Positions 34,223 through 46,200 of a stretch of 62,595 nt of DNA are shown piece after piece. Numbering within the stretch: the first letter of the stretch is position 1; the number at the start of each line of letters is the position of its first letter. The notes beneath the pieces were generated by a model. That model saw nothing but the letters and a program-made list of their open reading frames with translations, searched no databases and was not told the origin of the DNA. The stretch comes from a virus (Duplodnaviria; Caudoviricetes): positions 1 to 62,595 of IMG/VR virus record IMGVR_UViG_3300021963_000130, one strand, 5' to 3'. Both the position numbers and the translations under genes were made by a program.

Positions 34223-37114
34223 ATGAACCCGCTTGAATTTCTAGCGGTTGTTTTGCCGTCCCCGGATAATGGGTTGTACTGTGCGGCAGAGCTAACTACA
34301 AAAAAGAAGGAGCACAATTTTGTTGAACATCTGGAGGAACTATCCGCTACCGTAGCTAAGTGGGGCGACAAGAAGGACATCTACTTCGCGCTGTCCACGT
34401 TTGAGAACAAAGGCAAGCGCACAGCCGAGAACGCACGCTTCATCCGGTCGCTGTTCATTGACATGGACGGCTATGACACCAAGAAGTCAGCGGCACTGTC
34501 GCTCAACGATTTCATGGTCAAGACGGGTCTGGACTTGCTTGGCACCCCGTACATCGTGGACTCAGGCGGTGGCTTGCATTGCTACTGGCCGTTCACCAAA
34601 GACGTGGCTGTTGAAGAGTGGAAGCCTATTGCTGAGAACCTGAAGCGCCTGTGCAAGCAAGAAGGCTTGAGCATTGACATGACGGTGACCGCCGACTCTG
34701 CCCGAGTACTGCGCTTTCCCGGCACGTACAACAACAAGGCCAAGTACGCTACGCCGCGCCCAGTGCGCATACTGGCCGAGGGCGACACGTTTGACTTTGA
34801 AGACTTGGCCCAGCACATTGAGAGCCAGCTCAGGTCGATGCCGATGCTGCCGCGCCAGCAGAGTACAACCCTTGCACTGCCCGGCCAGCGCCCTGACGCA
34901 CCCCACACCCCCACCACGGTCAAGTTGTTTGAGAACAGTGTCACGCTGTTCAAGAACATCTACAAGAAAACCCGCGATGGCACAGGCTGTGAACAACTCA
35001 GGCACTATGCCGAGAACGCAACCGATGATGGTATGGAACCGTTGTGGCGTGGCTGGTTGAGCATTGCGCAGAAGTGCAACGATGGCGAGAAGGCTGTGAT
35101 CTGGTTGTCTGACCTGCACCCATACCCACACGAGCGCATGCACCAGAAACTGGCAGAGATCAGGGGGCCATACCCATGCGTGAAGTTTGACTCAGAGAAT
35201 CCCGGAGTCTGTGACGGGTGTATGCACAGAGGCAATATCACAAACCCATTGGCACTTGGACGTGAGACCGCCGTGGTCACCGCCGAGACTACGCTGGAGT
35301 TACCCACTACGGAGGGCAAGCCAGCAAAAAAAGTCATCCGCCCTGAAGCACCCAAGGGTTATGCGTACGGTGTTCGGGGCGGCGTGTTCATGGAGAAGGA
35401 AGACACTGACGCTACAGGTAACGTGACAAAACGACAGATCATGTTGCTACCCTACGACTTGTTTCCTGTGGACATCTTGAACCATAACGGTGAACATCTT
35501 GTGCATATGTTGGCGGTGCGTGAATATAGGATTGTGGACATTTCCTTTCCACAGAAAGCCGTGGTCAGCAGGGACGAAACAATCAAGGCGCTGGCGCAAC
35601 AAAACATCATGGCCAGCTTTGGCTCCGGCAACGACAAGAACCTGTATGACTACGTGCGTGCCTGTGCTGAAAAGATGAGCAGCGAGAAGCGACCGATTGA
35701 CGTGCCAGACAACTGCGGCTGGCAACCCAACGACACCTACGTATGGGGTGGCAAGATTTACGCACCCAACAAAGAAGCAATCGAAGTGCCCATGCCCGGC
35801 CTTGAGAACATCACAATGAATTCCAAGCCTGTGGGTACGTTGGAAGATTGGCGCAAGTTCATTGAACTGCTGGTGCGAAGAAAGTTGTGGGATCACTTGG
35901 CCATCGTCCTGATTGGCGCTGGCTCACCGCTGATGCGCTTTACAGGGCTGCATGGTTTGACCATTCACTGCGCTTCGACCGACTCTGGTACTGGCAAGTC
36001 GCTGGCGCTTGAGGGTGCTGCATCAATCTGGGGTCATCCGGTTCACTACCGCACTGGTGCGGGTACGTCACCTGTTGCCATGCAACAGCGCCTTGGTTTA
36101 CTGCACAGCAACCCACTCATCACGGACGAGATCACCAGCAAGAATCGTGAGGAGTTTGAGTGGTTCCCTGCATTCCTGCTCAGTATGACCGAGGGTCGCG
36201 GCAAAGAACGCATGGAGTCTGGTGCCAACAAAGAACGCCTGAACCTGTCCACATGGGCGGCAATGGCGATCATGTCATCGAACACACACGCGGTTGACTC
36301 ACTTACTGGTACGCGCAAGCATGCTGCCGAGGGCGAGCTTCGCCGCCTGATTGAGTACATCATGGATGACAAGCTGGAGTGGGATGCGGATGAGATTGAA
36401 GTCATTAAGTCTTTGCGCAACAACTACGCTGTAGCTGGCGCTGTACTGTGCCAGTACATGGTGGACAACATTCAGATGCTTGAGACGCTGGTGAAACAGA
36501 CTGTGCGCCAGATGTACACCGAGTACCGTGCGCCCAACGATGAACGGTTCTGGATGGCTGGTGTTGGCTGCGCTATAGCTGCTGGCATTTTGATGAACAA
36601 CGAACACGCTAAGATTGCCGAGTTTCCACTGGTTGAAGTAATTGAGAGTTTCCGTAAGCGCATCAATCACCAGCGCGGTTGTATCAAGGGCAGTTACCGC
36701 ACAGCCGAAGACGTACTCAACGCATTTGTGCAGGAGTATCAGGGCAAGTTTGTGGTGGTCAAGTACGGCGCTCAAGCTGGCCCACTGGCGCATCTGGGAG
36801 ACGGCTCAATGGTGGACAGGAACACGACACGATCCGAAGTCATGGGGCGCGTGGAGCACGGTGTCACGCTAGGGCATGTAGACTTCTTCATTGAAGAGCG
36901 CCTACTCAAATCGTTCTGCTCGAACATGAGCTTTGGCTACGCCAACTTGGTGCGGCAGTTGAAAGACATATTCACTGTGTCCTATGTCCAGAAGAAGGAC
37001 ATGATGTCCAAGACCAGTGCACCGCCGATGAGAGTGTCGGCCATACACATCAGCCGAAAGATAACGGAGACCGATGAAGCAATTATCAATCCGCTATCCG
37101 TGGAAGGGTCTTGA
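34223..37114 (+). CDS. Primase (AEP/RepB-like) fused to DUF927 and P-loop helicase
   Basis: FIDMD, SGGGLHCYW, RVLRFPGT; Walker A SGTGKS, Walker B ITDE. Confidence 0.85.
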   Translation: MNPLEFLAVVLPSPDNGLYCAAELTTKKKEHNFVEHLEELSATVAKWGDKKDIYFALSTFENKGKRTAENARFIRSLFIDMDGYDTKKSAALSLNDFMVKTGLDLLGTPYIVDSGGGLHCYWPFTKDVAVEEWKPIAENLKRLCKQEGLSIDMTVTADSARVLRFPGTYNNKAKYATPRPVRILAEGDTFDFEDLAQHIESQLRSMPMLPRQQSTTLALPGQRPDAPHTPTTVKLFENSVTLFKNIYKKTRDGTGCEQLRHYAENATDDGMEPLWRGWLSIAQKCNDGEKAVIWLSDLHPYPHERMHQKLAEIRGPYPCVKFDSENPGVCDGCMHRGNITNPLALGRETAVVTAETTLELPTTEGKPAKKVIRPEAPKGYAYGVRGGVFMEKEDTDATGNVTKRQIMLLPYDLFPVDILNHNGEHLVHMLAVREYRIVDISFPQKAVVSRDETIKALAQQNIMASFGSGNDKNLYDYVRACAEKMSSEKRPIDVPDNCGWQPNDTYVWGGKIYAPNKEAIEVPMPGLENITMNSKPVGTLEDWRKFIELLVRRKLWDHLAIVLIGAGSPLMRFTGLHGLTIHCASTDSGTGKSLALEGAASIWGHPVHYRTGAGTSPVAMQQRLGLLHSNPLITDEITSKNREEFEWFPAFLLSMTEGRGKERMESGANKERLNLSTWAAMAIMSSNTHAVDSLTGTRKHAAEGELRRLIEYIMDDKLEWDADEIEVIKSLRNNYAVAGAVLCQYMVDNIQMLETLVKQTVRQMYTEYRAPNDERFWMAGVGCAIAAGILMNNEHAKIAEFPLVEVIESFRKRINHQRGCIKGSYRTAEDVLNAFVQEYQGKFVVVKYGAQAGPLAHLGDGSMVDRNTTRSEVMGRVEHGVTLGHVDFFIEERLLKSFCSNMSFGYANLVRQLKDIFTVSYVQKKDMMSKTSAPPMRVSAIHISRKITETDEAIINPLSVEGS

Positions 37115-37262
37115 ACGGGGGCAGGGGTTCTTTGTACCCTGCCTCGACACGGAGGCAATCAAACGTGAAGGCTTGAACAAGGCGCTATCTCTGCGCCTGT
37201 TCGATGCCCGAGCCATACCGTGCGTTCGAGGTGGCCTTATCGGGGTATGGTTCTATCGGTAG
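37074..37262 (+). CDS. Small hypothetical protein (YPW...FFVP)
   Basis: GGAG RBS; last gene of early arm. Confidence 0.6.
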   Translation: MKQLSIRYPWKGLERGQGFFVPCLDTEAIKREGLNKALSLRLFDARAIPCVRGGLIGVWFYR

Positions 37263-40200
37263 CTTTTTCGACCGATGCAGCAAACTGGGTTTTCATCTGT
37301 CGAATTTTTGTAAGCTGCGCACGTTTTTCTTCAGGAGATATGTTTGAAGCACGGATGGCGTTTTCGTACTGCGTCAACTCTCGCATGGTGCTTGTGTAGT
37401 AGTCCGCAACTTCGGCCATTGCATACTCAGTACCGCGCTTGTTAAGCAACTCAATCGCATCCGCTTTATACCCACGGCTCATCAAGTCGTCAACCGACTT
37501 TTCAACTTGCTTAAATTCCGTCATTCGGTCGTAGACACGAGTGCTGATTGCGCCAGCATCGTTGGGCTGGAACGCAGAACCAATAACCGGCATATCAGAC
37601 AAACGCTTGACTGCTGCCTCTGGGCCTTCGCGTTTGGTAACGCCCATACTAACGGCCTGAACAAACGCCAGACCCATAGTACCTGTGTAGCCTTGCACCA
37701 ACTGGTCAAGAATGATTGGAGACACACCTGCTACACGGCCAATAGATTTGGATACTTCAGAAGTTTTTTCACGGAACTGGTGTTCTGGAAGCAGCTCTTT
37801 CTCATGCGCAGACAAAATGTCGCGGCCTGTGTAGAACGATTTACCCAGACCAGCTTCAATAGCGGGGCGCATGGCTTGAGGAATGCCATAGGACGAACCG
37901 CCGGGGATAACTTGCTTAAGGATGCTGGTAAATGCTTTAACCGCTTCTTCCTTGCCGTGCTCGTTGACCATTGAGTTGTACAAAGCTTCAGGCAATGCTT
38001 TGAAAAAATAACCAACTTCAAAAGGAATAGGCAAACGCACAGGCTCGTCAAAGCCGGGAACACGAAGGAACCAGTTACCGTACTTTTCTTCAGGGCGTGC
38101 ATTCTTGTAGGCTTCATCGTCCTGCATCATGCCTGCATACGCTAACGTACCCGCAGCAAGCATGCCGCCACGCAGCAGCAACTTCTGTTGAATCTTCAAC
38201 TTTTCATTAAACGGCAGCTTACCTGTCAGTGCTTTGTACAACACGTTGAGTGACTGAATTTGCGCGTTGAAGAACGGAATCAACGAGTTGGCCATGTGGA
38301 TGCTGGGGGACGCGCCGCGCTTGTTAAAGTTCATTGACTCCAACGACATCAGGGTAGCTTCCATTTCTGACAAGCCTTGGTTGATGTAGCTGTTGTACTG
38401 AGCGCGGCGGGTAGTAGCATCCGCTTCCATGTTGATGGCTTCCAGCTTACCCAGCGCCTGTTTCCAGCCAACCTTGTCGCTGGCGATGTCGTGCAGAATG
38501 CGGCTAAGGTCTTCGCTTGTGCCAGTAAAAATTTGACCGCCAGTGATACCACGGCGCTCCAGCACATCTTTGGTTGTGGACTTACCCAACTGACGCAAGG
38601 CTCCAGTAACGGGCATGAAGTCGGCACCGACAAGAATGGGCGCTGCCAAAGAGTCACGGAACAACTGTTTGGCCGCGTACAACGGCGATGCTGTGACAGC
38701 CTTACGCAAAAACGTAGCTGGCATACCCATCAAGCGCATAGCTACAGGCATCTGGGTGGGGATACCTTCCATGCCTTTAACCAGAATGTCAGCAGGAACG
38801 CCTGCATCATCCGTGTTGATGATTGCGTAGCGGTCTTCGCCGTCTATCTTGAAACGCACAACGTCCGTACCTTGGATGGGTTTGGGTGTGATCTTGGCCA
38901 AGTTCAAGTTGGCCAGCTCAATGACGGCGTTCTTGGTAGACAAGTTGCGCAGACCCATATCGGTCAACATATTTGTGTTCTGCACAGAACTGGTCATAAA
39001 GTCAAGGATAGGGCGCTCACCACCGACCAACTCATGCAAGTACGGCTGTTCGGTAATATTGCCGATACGAATGGGAGACTCAGCACCGATCACCATTTCG
39101 GCAAAGCCGTTGCGCTCACGATACCAAGGGATGTAGTCGTTGTTCTTTGTCAGGTCAGCAGCCACTTGCTTAGAGATAGCGCCAGTCTGTGCAAGGAAGT
39201 TCATCATGTCCTTGTTGTACTGGTTGTATTCAGCACGGGCTGCATCAAAAGTATTCTTAACCTCTGGATATGAATCAACCGTAGCCTTTGCAGCTTTCAA
39301 GTCCGCTTCTGTCAAGTCAGTACCGAAGTGCAGCGCGGCAAAGCCTTTGTCCTCGGCACGGATGGCAGACATGTACATCGTAAACAACCTGTTTACAGCT
39401 TCGCCGTTGCCGACAATGGGTGTAGCCTGCTTCAGAATATTTACCACGTTCTTGATACTGGCTCCGCCACCAGCTTCAATTACACGCTCAATGCGGCCAT
39501 CAGCGCGTTCTTTTTCAATAATCTTAAGTGCGCCATTGGTAACAGACTGTGCCACAAAGTTCATGCGCTGGTCATACATGCGCAGGTAGTACATCATCTG
39601 GGTGCCGACCAACGGCTCCATCAGTTTCTTTAAACGCTCAAACCCAGCAAACCTATCAACCAGCATGGTCTCAAACGTCAGGCCAGAACCTTCGGCTCGG
39701 ACTTTTTCAGCAAATGTTTTTTGCTTGGCCACAAACTTGTCGGTTGTACGGCCAGCAGCGGCAAAGTCTGCGTTGGCGTAAGTAGCTCTGGTGCTGTACA
39801 TAATTTTTCCAGAACCAATAGATACCGACTCGACGTTAGGGCGTTTGCCTTCCATCACGTACTTGCGTGCGTTGGCTACTAGTTCCTTGACTTCGTTGTC
39901 TGAAACCTTAAACCCATTACCAGCAAACCAGTTCTTGATTGCGTCAATGATCTTGCGCAAGGCGCTACGTGTATCCGGGTCAGGGGACACCCCCTGCTCG
40001 GCCATCTCAGCCAACACTTCTTCAACCGCAGTGTTGCGGTCAAGGTTTTTTTCAGTACGCAACTTAGCGTCTGCCTGTTTACGGACGGTCTCGTTGCCGT
40101 TGTACAGGTTGTCCATAGTCTCAGCATAGTTTCTGCCAAGGAGTTGCTGCAAACCAAAGTGACCGGCAATTTCGTGCGCCAACGTAAAGGCGACATCGTC

Positions 40201-43200
40201 GCCGTCTTTTAAGTTTTCTGCAACCAGATACACCGTACGTGTGCTCGGATCGTACAAGCCGGGGATGCGGCCAGTCTTCTCGTCTTTGGCAGCTTGCTCT
40301 TGAATCCGTCCGGGCAAATCCTTTTCAGTAGCAACAATTTTAATGTTGGGTTTGATCGTCCAGTCTTTTGTAATGCGATCAACACCTTCCTGAATGTTGT
40401 TAATCTTAAGACCGGGGCCAGTCTTCTCAACTGTGCGGTACTTAACTGGAGCGCCTTCCAAGTCTTCCTCTTCGCCAACACGGTTGCGCACACGTTCTTG
40501 CTGTTCAGCAATTTGCGCAGCGGTCATGCTCTTGGTTGGCTTGGGGACATACGACATTGTTTTTTCAAGTTCGTCGTATTGCTTATCCAGTTTTGCTTCC
40601 AACGCGTTCAAGTTTTTCAAACGTTCAGCGTCGTTTTCAGCTTCAGCTTTTTCAATGGCCACAGCAATCTTAGGACGCATGGCATCAATTTCATCCATGC
40701 GCTTTTCAGCTTGTTGTTTGGCCACGTCCTTGGCAGCGCCGCGTTGAGCCTGCAAACTAGTAATCGGTCGTGCTTGTCCGGCTTGCGTTGGTTTATTTTT
40801 GGTGGAGAGCATGCGCTCCCCCAAAGTGCTGGTTTCGCCTGTACGAATATTGCCAGCGGTAACGGTCTTTACAACTACAGGGCCAATCTTACGTGCGGCC
40901 AAATATGAACGCACATCTTCAATGGCGTAGGTGCGACCTTTGTATTCAACCTCTGTAGCATCGTCCTTGACTGCGGCTTCGTAAGCTTCGCGCAACTTTT
41001 TGGTAGCTCCAATTTCTGGGGCTGCGCCTTCTTTGCGGTCAATAGGCACAAGCGTTCTGGCTTTGCCTTCAGCAATGTCTTCCACGTAACGCTGAGTACC
41101 AACTTCTTGGCGCTCGATGCCGCGCTTAACGTCGCGCTTGGTTTTAAGTTCTGCCAACTCACGCTTGTATTTGTTGAGTTCTTTGACGCGCCCATCCTTA
41201 AGCTTTTTCTTACTTGCAACAGCCGCTTCACGATCTGCTTTGGATAAGCGTTTCTTTTCAAGGATGGTGTCGTATTTGTCAGGCGACTGCAAACGCTGCG
41301 TAATATTCTTGATGTTCTCTTCAATTTTGTTGATTCGATCATTAAGCAAACCAGTAATAGTTTTAGCCACTTCAGGATCATTGGACAGCAGTTTGCCAAT
41401 CTCATCTGCCTTGGCTTCCAATCGCGTCTTAGCACTGGTGGCTTCTGCTACATCTTTGGCTGGCGACTCCTCATCATTGATGATGGAGTCCAACTCAGAC
41501 AAACGCTCAGGCGTTGCGTCCAACGTTTCAATCAGTTTGCGACGGCCTTCAAAAGAAACCTGTTCTCCGGGTATAGCTTTTAATCTGGCGGTCTGTTCGT
41601 TTTCAAGACGCTTTTGCACCTTGTCACGTTCTTCGCGTTGGGCTTGGGTTTCTTGGCCAAGCGACTGCGCTCTTTCACGACGAGCAATAAACGCTTGCAG
41701 TGCGCGAGACGGTACATTGGTGCCTTCAGAAATCTGGGTGCGGATTGCAGCCAGTTGGTCTTCAAGTTCTTTGGTGTTGGTAAGCGCATCAAAGATTACA
41801 AGCTCAGACGCGTCATCCGTCATGCGGTGACGGATTGTTTTGCGCTCAATACCAAGCTCTCGTTCCAACTGGTCAACAGCTTCGGCACGGCCTTCTGTTC
41901 GTTTTTGTACTTCAGAAACAATTTCTTTGGCGGTGCTAATTTCTGTGTAGGCTTGTTTTAGATTTGTTTTATCTTGTTTTTGTTTGGCCAAGTTGAGTGC
42001 AGTACCGGCGTTCAACAAATTCTTAGCAAGCGTATCCATTTCTGCCGCTTCTTCTTGAAGCTGCATTTGAAAATTTAAATCTTGATCCAAGAACTTGACT
42101 ATGCGGTTCTCAGATTGATTCAAGTTAAAGTTGGCACGCCAACGTCGTGTGGCTGCAAGGACTTCATTTTGCAACTCCAACACTTCTGGACGATTTTTAA
42201 AAGAAGAAAGACGTGTAGCCCAGTCGGTGTTAGGGCCGACTTCTGCAAACCCTTTGTTGCGACCGCCGGGGTAGTCATCTGACTTAAGCTTTTCAAATAA
42301 GTCAGTTAGATTTTTCTTAGCCTTAAGCACATCGGCTATTGCGGCCATTTCAGCTTTTGTAAAGTCTGATGTGTTGGCTGCAATAGCTTTGGTAATGTCT
42401 TCAGACACTTGCACGGAATAACTGAACGCTTGTTCGGCTTCAAGATAAGCTGTTTGTAATTCACGCAGTTCTTCCGCCAACGTTGCTTTGGCATCTTTAA
42501 CTTTAGCTTCTGCTTCCTTGAGCATTTCCTCCGCAAGAAGTAGCTCTTTCTTTTCTTGCGCGGCTTCTTCACCTGTCAACTTTTCCAACTCAGCAAACTG
42601 TCCTTTGCGTTTGTCCAAGATAGCGTCATACTGACCTTGCAAGTCATCGACTTTTGTTTGTAAGTCGGCGGCACGTTTCAAGAACGGGGCCATACGCGCC
42701 ACCAAACGAGACAACGTAGGCGCGGTCATACCTATGGTCGAACGCATCTGCTGCAAAGCATCGCTGGCCAAGTATTGCTCAAACGCTTCGGGGGTATCAA
42801 ACACACGACCGCGCAAAACTTCATCACCAAACAATTCTTTTTGAATTGCAGACGTTACTCTTGTGGCAACACCTGTTTGTGATGGAATTTCTTTTTCTGG
42901 CACTAAACTGCGCTGTTTTTCTTCTTCAGTAAGTTTTACTTTAGTGCGAGGAGCAAAACCGCTGGGGGTGGTCTCTATTTGTGTTTCAGAACGTTTGCCC
43001 TGTTCCATAGCGGCCAACATGTCTTTGACATCTTTGGTAATGGCAGGGTCGATTTGCAAACCGTTGCTGGCGCGGTACGTGTATTCAGCAACAAGGTTGC
43101 GCTTTTCAGGGTTGAGGTTGATGGCCTTTAAGTTGTCAGCCACTTGCTCCAACAGATTGCGTTGTTCTGCGGACAAAGCATCGGGGCCTTTGGCAAACGC

Positions 43201-46200
43201 ACGATCAAGCTCAGTACGCAAAGCTTCAGGTGTGGTTTGTTCAGGGGTAATCGTGCGGTCAACCGTAGTAGCGGCTTTGGCCACGGCTTTGTTGCGTATG
43301 TCGTCCAAACCTTCTTTGATGGCCAGCGCAGCAGCATGTGGATTGGCAAACGTTTGCCGTCCGGGAGCGCGAGACTCCACGGTGGGGTACTGCGCTTCGC
43401 TTGTAAAGTTTCCTTGGGAATCTTGCGCAGGAATAAATAACGGGCGCTTTTCTGTACCTTTTTGGGTCAGGTTGCGGGTATCCCCAAAGCGGGTAACCAA
43501 GTCATACAGCATTGCGTTTGCGTCACGGCGAATCTGATCCGCTTCTTCTTTCTCAACAGGTGCGCCGCGTGTAGCTTCAATGTCACCAATCAAATTCTCA
43601 ACTAGCGTGCCCCGTGCAGTTTCCAGCTCAGAAAGCTTGGCTTTGCCTTGGTTGTACTTGGAAACAATCGCCACCATGTCGGCGTATGCTTTGGCACGTG
43701 CATCGGCGTAGGCTTGTTGCTGTTGTGTGCGTAATGGTTGCTGTCCGGGCATAGCCGGTTTTGCAAACGGCACCGTAGGCTGCGTAAGCCCTTTGGTGTC
43801 CATTGTTTTGCGGTCACCTGTGGTTTCGGTGGTTTTAGCTGCGCCTTTTATTTCATTGGCCATGCCCCTACGGGTTACTGGCTCAGCGTTGAATTCGTAA
43901 AAAGCATCGGTGTAGGCTTTTTCAGCGGCTTCTAATTTAGGCAGCAGCTTTTCACGCGCATCCGCAGTCTTTGCCGCTTTGTATCTGCTGTCCAATTTGT
44001 CGCGTGCATCCCGCAAAGCAGTCAACTTTTGCATGCGTGCTTCGTTAGAAGCTTTTTGCGTTTCTTGTGCGGTTTTCGCTGTGGTAATTGCTTCGGTTGT
44101 TTTTGTTTGGTTTGCAGAACCTTTGTAGCCTACAGTTTCGGCATCAAGATTGCGAAGTTGTTCAATGAGGTCAGCAGCGGCTGCACGGTTACTTGTGGTT
44201 CGGGCAATACGCAACTCAGCTACCAACTCAGCACGGGACTTGGGCGCTGCTGTTTTCTCCCCCGTTACTACCCCGCCAGCCAATGGATAACCAAACATAT
44301 CCAATTGTTCCGTAGCGCCTGTTGGGATACGCTTCTTTTCCATTGCGTCAATCTCAGCCTGTGTACGGCCTTCTTTACGCATCTTGTCCAGTTGTTCTTG
44401 ATCGCTTAAATACCCAGCATACGGTTGTTCCAACAAAGAAGTTTGCTGGTCTTCGGCGTAGCCTTGAGGCGCATACGTGCGCTGGTTAAAGTCTTTTGCT
44501 GACTCCGACACTTGTTCTTTGGTAGCTTTACCAAAGTCAAGCCCAGCTTGACCGGGCTTAGCTGTCTTGGCTTTTTCTTCCAGCGCACGGATGGTGTTGA
44601 TTATCTTGTCGGCTTTTACAGGATCGTAGCCTTCGCCGCCCAAACTTTGAAGCTGCGCTTTTTGTTTGTCAATCTTGGCACGGATAGCGTCCAAAGAGTC
44701 TTCCGCAGGTTCCGCACCCATCTCACCTAACTGTTTGGCAAGGTACTCCTGCTCATTAAGCAGCATCTGGCGCTGAGGGCGCAGTTTGTCAATTGCGTCT
44801 ATGTCACCTTTGGCGGCAGCGTCAGATTCTTTCCGCTGATGGGCTTCCATCAGTTGCGCCAGCTCTTGCTGTTTCTGCATGAATTCTGACCGCTTGGCAG
44901 TCAAGTCTCCTGCTGGCTTGGGCGCAACGTTCTCTGTCTCCATTGGCGCAAGGCCGGGGATGGTTTGTTGGAAGCCCCGTACTTGCTTCATTCCAGCAAG
45001 CTCGTCCTGTATTGCTTTTTGTCTGTCTGCTTCAGCTTTTTGTTTGTCAGCTTCGACTTGTTTTCGTGCTTGTTCTTCGCGTTGCTGTTTCAGCTTAGCG
45101 CGTGCGCCAGAAGTTTGCTGGTAGTCGTCCATGACAGACTTGTACTCGTCCGTCTTTTTAAAATTTCTAAAAGTAGCTTTGGCAGCATTCTGTGCTTCAA
45201 CAGCCGCAAGATCATTGGGGTCAACTTTGGTGCTGACTTGTTTGCGCAAAGCAGCATACTGCGTTTGCATTGCAAGGTATTTGTCTTCTGCTTGCTGGGC
45301 AAACTCAGGATCATTGAGCTGTTCTTGACGGCGCTGGGCAGCTTTTGCTGTTTCAGCTTCCTGTGCAACGCGGTTTTGTTCTTCCTGATCCAACTGTTCC
45401 ATGCGCTTTTGGCGCATGTCAAGGGCAGATTCTTTCTCGACTTGCTGACGTGCACCACCAACTTCAGACATGCGACCGACCGCACCCAAGGGGCCAAGCA
45501 AACTGACCTGATACGCTGTCTCGCCGTATTCTTTCAGTGCATCTGGAGTTGTTAGGGGTAACCCTGCTTGCGCACGTTCCAGCATTTGCTGGGCAACTTC
45601 CGTGGGAATCTCAGTTATCACACCAGTAGCGGTGCCTTTAGCTAGTGTGGCCAATAAACGTTCTTCGGCCAACTTTGCAGCCTGTGCGGATGTGCGACCA
45701 AGAAGTGCTTGAACAGGGAGTCCAGTCAGTTTACTGACCAGTCTGCCGCCCAAGGGGATGAAGCTGCCAGCGACATCCAACCCGCCTTGCAGTGCTGCTG
45801 CTGGCAGTGCGTTGCCAACATTTACTTTTTGACCCAAAGCTGCTTGGCGCTCGACGTTACCGCCCAGTGCTTGAATTACTGAAGGCGCAACAAGACCTGC
45901 GCCCCCACCGATAACTGAACCCACAGGCCCAAATGGTGAGCCTGCCAAAGCGCCAAGACGTGCACTTCCAATATTGGCGGCTAAATTAGGGAACTGTTCA
46001 GCAAGTGCGTAAGGAGCTTGGCTGATGGCTTCGCCAGCGGCGGACAGCAAACCCTTATCGTTATACGCTTGTTTGACTTTTTCAAGGCTTACTTGTTCAG
46101 CGTACCGCTTGTTGATGTCTTCGCCGCGTGCAAGTCCGGCCCTAGCCGCTTCGTCACCTGAACCAAATATGGAGCCAATACCAGAACGTAGCTGGGAAAG

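Noticed and set aside
38377-39273. 298-aa plus-strand ORF and other antisense ORFs within the 3045-aa gene
   Set aside because: Opposite-strand shadows of a well-supported CDS with no motifs.
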